64,000 nt of DNA from the human T2T-CHM13v2.0 reference genome, Homo sapiens. Positions 59,510 to 64,000 of the stretch are shown in pieces (position 1 is the stretch's first letter; each line of letters begins with the position of its first letter). Location of the stretch: assembly GCF_009914755.1 (NCBI RefSeq), contig NC_060934.1; one strand, given 5' to 3'. A program made the translations under genes and the position numbers. The notes beneath the pieces were generated by a model. It was not told the DNA's origin. It saw only the letters and a list, made by a program, of their open reading frames with translations, and ran no database searches.

Positions 59510-60295
59510 TAAAAACTGAATAGAAATTGAGAACTGAAAAACACAGTAATTGAAACTAAAAAAAAAACAAAAACAAAAACAACTCACTGTATGGGCTTAA
59601 TGGCAAAATAGATATGTCAGAGTAAAGACCCAGTGTATGTGAACAAAGTTCAATAGAAATGATCTAACCTGAGTAACAGAGAAAAAGATATAAAAACACC
59701 CACTTGGACTCAGGGACCTATGGGACAATAGCAAAAGACCTAACCTTTATGTCACCAGAGTCCCAAAAAGAGAGAAGAAAACGTGGTGCCAAAAAAACTA
59801 TTTAAAAAACTGGCTAAAAATCCTGAAATTTGGCAGACAACATAAACCTACAGATTTAAGAAAATCAGCAAAACTTGAACAGGATAAAACCAAGGAAACC
59901 CATTCCAAGACACATTATAACTAGTATATATATAACACATGAACTAAAGACAAATAAAAAATCTTGAAAGCCATCAGAGACAAATGGCTCATTACTTACA
60001 GGGAGAGAATGATGCAAATGACTATGGAGTTCTCCTCAGAAACCACAGGGGCCAGAAAAAAGTGAGACAGTTTTCAAGTGATGAAAGAAAATAACTGTTA
60101 ATTCATAATTGTATATCTGGTTAAAAAAATATGTTTCAGGAATAAAAGTGAAAGACATTCTTAGATTAAGTATACTTGGAAAACTATTAATTAAGGACAA
60201 CCAACAGAAATGATAGGTATATGGGCATATATAATGGGCTATTATTTTTTCTTTAGTCCTTTAAATATGTTTGAAAGCAAAAATTTTAACAATGT
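59510..60295 (+). mobile_element. Old L1 ORF1 fossil, preceded by an Alu right monomer at ~59385-59510
   Basis: CTCAGGGACCTATGGGACAA...CCAAGACACATTATA...TTCTCCTCAGAAACCA..GGCCAGAA ORF1-like motifs. Confidence 0.7.
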
Positions 60296-60992
60296 TGAAA
60301 TTGCCTTTGCAAAATTATGACTGAGACAGTGAAGGAGAGCTAATCTAACCTACTCTATCTTGGTTCTAACCTTTAAACTGTCCTTGTTCCTTTCTGGGCT
60401 TAGGCTGAACTAACTTTGGGAGGAACTTAGTTTACAGTTTATAGTTGAAAACAAAATCGATAACAGCCCTTTCCCAAAACAAACCTTCTTCTTGCCTGGG
60501 GACTAGACTGCCTTTGTAGGACAAACAAATTAACCACAAGATTAGAAATTATGGTTTAGGAGTCATGCAGCTGGAGGCTGCAAGACTCTGACCCTCCCTA
60601 AACTGCTCCTAAGATCAGTGCTTGAGATATTTTGCAGACCCTGCGCTTGTTGGATCAGCTGGCACCACCCAGATTGATACACTTGATGATCTTGTGGCCC
60701 CCACCCAGGAACGGACTCAGGGCAAGGAGACAGCTTTGACTCCCTGTGATTTCATCTCTGACCTGACCAATCTGCACTCCTAGCTGACCAGCTTCCCCTG
60801 ACCCACTAAGTTGTCCTTAAAAACTCTGATCCCTGAGTGCTGCTTGGGGAGATTGATTTGAGTAATAACGAAACTCTGCTCTCCTGCACAGCTGGCTCTG
60901 CGTGAATTACTCTTTCTCTCTTGCAATTCCCCTGTCTTGATAAACTGGCTCTGTCTAGGCAGCAGGCAAGGTGAACCCACTGGGTGGTTACA
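60296..60992 (+). mobile_element. ERV1 solo LTR (LTR8)
   Basis: TGAAATTGCCTTTGCAAAATTATGACTGAGACAG...GGGTGGTTACA; 4-bp TSD ATGT. Confidence 0.92.
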
Positions 60993-61074
60993 ATGTCTGG
61001 TGAGGATTTCAACGAATGTAGATGTAATGTACAAGACAGCCATAACAGAAGAGGGGGAAGTTACAGGAATCTAT

Positions 61075-63570
<2,496 letters not shown>

Positions 63571-63850
63571 GTGGGTGCCAGGCTTTTATCATATCGACTC
63601 TGCCATCTTTTCCTCCTGCTCATGCTATCATGGATTGATGCCTTTTGCCCACAAAGCCTCTTAAAGTTGTGTAATCAGAGTTGGGTATGGTGGCATGCAC
63701 CTACAGTCCCAGCTCCTGGGGAGGCTAAGGTGGGAGGATCCTTTGAGCCCAGGAATTAGAGGCTGCAGTGCTTTATGATCATACCTGTGAAGAGCCACTG
63801 CACTCCAGCCTGGGAATTAGCGAGAAACCGCCTCTTAAAAAAGTTTCACT

Positions 63851-64000
63851 GGCTGGGCCCGGTGGCTCACGCCTGTAATCCCAGCACTTTGGGAGGCCAA
63901 GACGGGCGGATCATGAGGTCAGGAGATTGAGACCATCCTGGCTAACATGGTGAAACCCCATCTCTACTAAAAATACAAAAAATTAGCTGGGCATGGTGGC
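63851..64000 (+). mobile_element. Alu (Y/Sc-like), cut by window edge; Alu right monomer just upstream at ~63680-63843
   Basis: GGATCATGAGGTCAGGAGATTGAGACCATCCTGGCTAAC. Confidence 0.9.

Overview
Primate (human-like) genomic DNA, mostly interspersed repeats (Alu, L1, L2/MIR, MaLR/ERVL/ERV1 solo LTRs, hAT fossils). I cannot support any cellular protein-coding exon. The long ORFs in the track come from a stop-free VNTR (7.05-8.4 kb), a CT-rich Alu tail (11 kb), antisense Alus, L1 ORF2 remnants and a provirus. The centrepiece is a 5.6-kb HERV-H provirus (29700-35329). It has two 453-bp LTR7-type LTRs, a CTCAG target-site duplication, a tRNA-His PBS, a PPT, and full-span but broken gag and env. 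Nearly all of pro-pol is missing, at an in-frame junction (32395/32396) that looks like an exact splice junction, so this may be a spliced gag-env RNA that was re-integrated by retroviral enzymes in trans. Other notable items are a 3'UTR-only retrocopy of an unidentified transcript (36.0-36.4 kb), a rare twin-primed (5'-inverted) Alu (44.5 kb), a twin-primed L1MA with a local inverted duplication (56.9-59.1 kb), and a modular palindromic VNTR. Repeat subfamily names are recognised from memory of consensus sequences, and boundaries without a TSD are approximate.
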